DNA of 58,377 nucleotides from an uncultured Planctomycetales bacterium (GTDB lineage Bacteria; Omnitrophota; Gorgyraeia; Gygaellales; Profunditerraquicolaceae): NCBI GenBank assembly GCA_964467905.1, contig CAYXSY010000010.1, positions 2,415 to 60,791 of the forward strand, read 5' to 3'. Shown piece by piece: positions 54,888 to 58,377 of this stretch (position 1 is its first letter; each line of letters starts with the position of its first letter). The notes under the pieces were generated by a model. It saw only the letters and a program-made list of their open reading frames with translations, ran no database searches and was not told where the DNA came from. The position numbers and the translations under genes were made by a program.

Positions 54888-54892
54888 AATTG

Positions 54893-56374
54893 ATGTATCA
54901 GCCGTCGTTGCAGGAATTCTTAAAGTTAAGCAGGCAGGGTAATGTTATCCCCGTGTATAAGGAGATTAATGCTGACCTTGATACCCCGGTTTCTGCGTTC
55001 TTAAAGATCCCTAAAGGCGATTATGCATTTTTGCTTGAGTCGGTGGAGGGGCAGGAAAAAGTTGCGCGGTATTCTTTCTTAGGCAGCAATCCGTCATTAA
55101 TTTTTAAGGCCAAGGGAAGGAATATAGAAATAATCAGTTCCCTATCAAAGCAACCGAAGAGATACACCACTGATAAAGATCCGCTTTATGAGTTAGCCTC
55201 TATTATGCGCGGATTTAAGCCGGTTATGTTAAGGTCTCTGCCGCGTTTTTGCGGTGGCTTTGTTGGTTATGCCGGATATGATATGGTCCGTTTCTTTGAA
55301 AATATCCCGGATGAAAATCCGGATGACCTAAAAATGCCGGATATGGTGTTTTTGCTTACAGAGACGATTTTAGTTTTTGATCATGTCAACCATGTAATAA
55401 AGATTGTTTCAAATGTTATCCTGCCTTCCGGAATTGTTAGCCTCGCCAAGAAGAAGGAGCTTTACAGAAGAGCGGTAAGCAACATAGATAAGATAGAGAA
55501 GAATTTCGCTAAGCCGCTTGAGCTTGCTAAGGAAAAGAAAAACGACTTTCCTACTCAGAAAGTAGGCTCAAATTTAGGCAAGGAGGAGTTTGAGGATAGT
55601 GTCAGGAGGGCAAAAGAATTTATAAGAAAAGGTGATATTATTCAGGTTGTTCTTTCGCAGCGTTTTAATGTGCATACAGGCAAGAGGCCGTTCGATATAT
55701 ACAGGTCTTTACGTAGCCTGAATCCTTCTCCATATATGTTTTTCTTACGGCTTAACGATTTAAATGTGATAGGCGCTTCTCCGGAGATGCTGGTTAGATG
55801 CGAGAATGGGTTTGTGCAGACTCGCCCTATAGCAGGAACCCGGCCAAGAGGCCTGACAGAAGAAAAAGATGCCGTTCTTGCTAACGAGCTTTTAAATGAC
55901 AAGAAGGAAAGGGCGGAGCACATAATGCTTGTGGACTTAGGCAGAAATGATTTAGGCAGGGTATGTAAGCCCGGAAAAGTCAAGGTTACAAATTTCATGA
56001 GTGTGGAGCGTTATTCCCATGTTATGCATCTGGTGAGCGAGGTAAGTGGAGAGCTAAAGAATAAATTGAACTCTTTCGATGTCTTAAGAGCATGTTTCCC
56101 GGCAGGAACAGTATCTGGTAGCCCTAAGATAAGGGCTATGGAGATAATAGATGAGCTTGAAAATACCAGGCGCGGGACTTATGCGGGTTGTGTCGGTTAT
56201 TTTAGTTTTTCAGGTAATATGGATACATGTATTACTATCAGGACTATAGTTATGAAGGGGCATGTGGCTTATATTCAGGCGGGCGCAGGTATCGTAGCGG
56301 ATTCTGTTCCTGCCAGAGAGTATCTTGAATCCGTTAACAAGGCAAAAGCTTTAATTGAAGCAATTAAAGATTAA
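54893..56374 (+). CDS. trpE: Anthranilate synthase component I
   Basis: FLLESVEG, NPSPYM, ASPE, RPIAGT, ERAEHIMLVDLGRND; ATG 54893 avoids the hisI overlap. Confidence 0.9.
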   Translation: MYQPSLQEFLKLSRQGNVIPVYKEINADLDTPVSAFLKIPKGDYAFLLESVEGQEKVARYSFLGSNPSLIFKAKGRNIEIISSLSKQPKRYTTDKDPLYELASIMRGFKPVMLRSLPRFCGGFVGYAGYDMVRFFENIPDENPDDLKMPDMVFLLTETILVFDHVNHVIKIVSNVILPSGIVSLAKKKELYRRAVSNIDKIEKNFAKPLELAKEKKNDFPTQKVGSNLGKEEFEDSVRRAKEFIRKGDIIQVVLSQRFNVHTGKRPFDIYRSLRSLNPSPYMFFLRLNDLNVIGASPEMLVRCENGFVQTRPIAGTRPRGLTEEKDAVLANELLNDKKERAEHIMLVDLGRNDLGRVCKPGKVKVTNFMSVERYSHVMHLVSEVSGELKNKLNSFDVLRACFPAGTVSGSPKIRAMEIIDELENTRRGTYAGCVGYFSFSGNMDTCITIRTIVMKGHVAYIQAGAGIVADSVPAREYLESVNKAKALIEAIKD

Positions 56375-56397
56375 TTTAAAAGTGAAAGGAGAGTCAA

Positions 56398-56640
56398 ATG
56401 GCAGTACATATCAGGTTAAGAAGAATAGGCAAAAGGCCCAAGAAAAGACCGTATTTTCGCGTTACCGCTTTTGATGAAAGGCGCGCAAGGGATAGCAGGG
56501 TTTTAGAGGAACTCGGTTCTTATAATCCTGTGACCGGCGCATCAACCCTTAAGATTGAGAGAATCAGCCATTGGGTTGAGAAGGGTGCAGTACTTTCGAA
56601 TACCGTAAAAAGCTTAGTTAAGAAAGCAAAGAAAGGATAG
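56398..56640 (+). CDS. rpsP: 30S ribosomal protein S16
   Basis: IRLRRIG..PYFRV..RDSR..ELGSYNP. Confidence 0.93.
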   Translation: MAVHIRLRRIGKRPKKRPYFRVTAFDERRARDSRVLEELGSYNPVTGASTLKIERISHWVEKGAVLSNTVKSLVKKAKKG

Positions 56641-56645
56641 TAATC

Positions 56646-56936
56646 ATGCCTCAAGCAGAGATGGCAAATCCGTTAGTTAATATGGTTCCGCTTTTACTTA
56701 TATTTTTTATCTTTTATTTCTTGCTTATCAGGCCGCAGGTAAAGGCTCAAAAAAAGAAAGAAAGAGATCATCAAGATATGCTTAAGGCTTTAAGCAAGAA
56801 TGATGAGGTAGTTACGACCGGCGGAATTCACGGTGTAGTAGTAAACGTCAAAGATAAAACAGTCACCTTGCGCATCGACGAAAACGTCAAGATGGAAGTA
56901 GAAAAGAACTGTGTTGCGCTTAAGGTTAGTTCATAA
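56646..56936 (+). CDS. yajC: Preprotein translocase subunit YajC
   Basis: IFYFLLIRPQ, DEVVTTGGIHG. Confidence 0.95.
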   Translation: MPQAEMANPLVNMVPLLLIFFIFYFLLIRPQVKAQKKKERDHQDMLKALSKNDEVVTTGGIHGVVVNVKDKTVTLRIDENVKMEVEKNCVALKVSS

Positions 56937-56954
56937 GAAACGGGGTAAAATAAA

Positions 56955-58377
56955 ATGGAAAGAAGGCTGCTTTACAAAATAGTATTTATTCTTGCAGTGG
57001 TTGGTTTGTGCGCTTATTTTACTTTTCCTTTGGAGAAAAGGGTTAATCTGGGGCTAGATTTAAGGGGCGGTATGCACCTTTTACTTAGAGTAGACACCAG
57101 CAAACTTTCCGGGGAAGCAAAAATAGACGCTACTGACAGGGCAGTTGAGGTAATCCGTAACCGCATAGACCAATTTGGGGTAAGAGAGCCTTCTATTCAG
57201 AAACAGGGCGAAGATGAGATTGTAGTGCAGCTGCCCGGAGTGACCGATAGAGACAGGGCGGTAGATATTATAGGTAAGACTGCGCTTTTAGAATTTAAGC
57301 TTGTTTCAATGGATACGGATAAGCTAAAAGATGCATTGGCAGGGAATGTTCCGGAAGGATATGAACTTGTTAAATCCCAGGAAGATGATGAGCCGTTGCT
57401 TTTGGAAAAAGACGCGGTTTTGACCGGCGATGCCTTAACTAATGCATCGGTAAGGTTTGATCAGAGCTCATTTAATGAGCCGATAGTATCTTTGCAATTT
57501 AGCCCTAAGGGCGCATCCAAATTTGCTGAAATCACGGCAAACAATATAGGCAGAAGATTGGCGATAGTTTTAGACGGTAAGGTGCAGTCTGCTCCACGCA
57601 TAAAAGAGGCCATCCCTACAGGAGAGGCAGTTATCAGCGGGCGTTTTGATGTGGATCAGGCGCAAGATCTGGCTTTGGTTTTGAGGGTCGGCGCTTTACC
57701 TGCTCCGATGCATATTGAAGAAGAGAGAACCGTAGGACCTTTGCTGGGTCAAGATTCCATTAACAAAGGCATAAAGGCAAGTGTAATCGGTGGTATTTTA
57801 GTTTTCGGCTTCATGGCTATTTATTATCTTTTAGCCGGGCTCATAAGCGATATCGCTTTATTGATGAACTTATTAATGATTGTGGGCGGTTTAGGTATGC
57901 TTCCGGTTTTATTCCCCGGGGTATCTGCTACTTTAACCCTTCCCGGTATAGCTGGTATCGCCTTATCTTTAGGTATGGCTGTTGATGCGAACGTCCTTAT
58001 AAACGAACGTATAAGAGAGGAACTATCAACCGGTAAGCCTTTACGTGCGGCTATTTCTAACGGTTATAACAGGGCTTTTACCGCAATACTTGATTCAAAC
58101 CTTACTACTTTAATTGCTGCATTTCTTTTGTTCCAATTTGGTACCGGTCCGATAAGAGGCTTTGCAGTTACCTTGACCATAGGTCTTTTGGCAAGTATGT
58201 TTACGGCGATAGTGGTGACCCGCACCATATTCGAGATACTCTTGAATTTGGGCTGGATAAAATCGCTGCCGATGCTAAGGTTCATCAAAGAAACCAAGAT
58301 GGATTTTATTAAGAAGCGCAGAATATTCTATGCGTTATCGCTGATTTTAATTTTATGCGGTGTTTTTTCATATTTTA
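56955..58377 (+). CDS. secDF: SecD/SecF fusion protein, runs off the window end (absent from the ORF track)
   Basis: ATG 56955; LGLDLRGG, RNRIDQFGV, VGPLLG, GMAVDANV, GPIRGFA; continues into SecF-like KMDFIKKRR without a stop. Confidence 0.9.
   Translation, partial: MERRLLYKIVFILAVVGLCAYFTFPLEKRVNLGLDLRGGMHLLLRVDTSKLSGEAKIDATDRAVEVIRNRIDQFGVREPSIQKQGEDEIVVQLPGVTDRDRAVDIIGKTALLEFKLVSMDTDKLKDALAGNVPEGYELVKSQEDDEPLLLEKDAVLTGDALTNASVRFDQSSFNEPIVSLQFSPKGASKFAEITANNIGRRLAIVLDGKVQSAPRIKEAIPTGEAVISGRFDVDQAQDLALVLRVGALPAPMHIEEERTVGPLLGQDSINKGIKASVIGGILVFGFMAIYYLLAGLISDIALLMNLLMIVGGLGMLPVLFPGVSATLTLPGIAGIALSLGMAVDANVLINERIREELSTGKPLRAAISNGYNRAFTAILDSNLTTLIAAFLLFQFGTGPIRGFAVTLTIGLLASMFTAIVVTRTIFEILLNLGWIKSLPMLRFIKETKMDFIKKRRIFYALSLILILCGVFSYF

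Noticed and set aside
308-58297. Numerous minus-strand and short alternate-frame ORFs in the track (e.g. 5317-5715, 8907-9413, 28469-28918, 46498-adjacent shadows, 53739-54098, 58064-58297)
   Set aside because: They lie antisense to or within well-supported genes and have no RBS or motifs, so they are treated as shadow ORFs
1-58377. CRISPR array
   Set aside because: The heptamer arrays and REP-like repeats lack constant-length repeats separated by unique spacers, and there are no cas genes

Overview
Bacterial genomic window, nearly all genes on the + strand. Gene style suggests a PVC-group organism such as Ca. Omnitrophota; this is an unverified inference. (1) 0.1-6.4 kb: small envelope genes, rlpA, a cyclophilin, a type IV pilin, pgi and an unannotated structured-RNA candidate. 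(2) 6.5-19.6 kb: a type II fatty-acid/polyketide-like cluster (HTH, degenerate acyl-ACP-reductase-like protein, KS, catalytically dead KS/CLF, FabG, ACP, FabZ, response regulator, then FAD oxidoreductase, thioester-reductase-type SDR and 7TM histidine kinase). It is interrupted by a GIY-YIG mini-element and a toxin-antitoxin patch. (3) 19.6-43.6 kb: a RAYT transposase and a 23-kb Rhs island punctuated by REP-like repeats. (4) 43.9-58.4 kb: housekeeping genes (recA, htrA, recX, alaS, hisDBHAFI, trpE, rpsP, yajC, partial secDF). The best candidate novel system is a split Rhs. ORF 37307-42145 encodes a signal-peptide-bearing SpvB/VCBS/YD shell that stops exactly where the Rhs core should start. 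The missing core plus an ADP-ribosyltransferase-like toxin sits at the C-terminus of a separate secreted Ig-repeat protein (32253-35738), followed by an immunity candidate and a silent TNT-like replacement cassette. Two tiny operon-embedded elements also stand out: a GIY-YIG gene with terminal inverted repeats and an ATGAG duplication, and a four-helix-bundle gene between inverted heptamer arrays at a TA site. No rRNA, tRNA or CRISPR array was found. All family calls come from motif recognition by eye; no database search was run.
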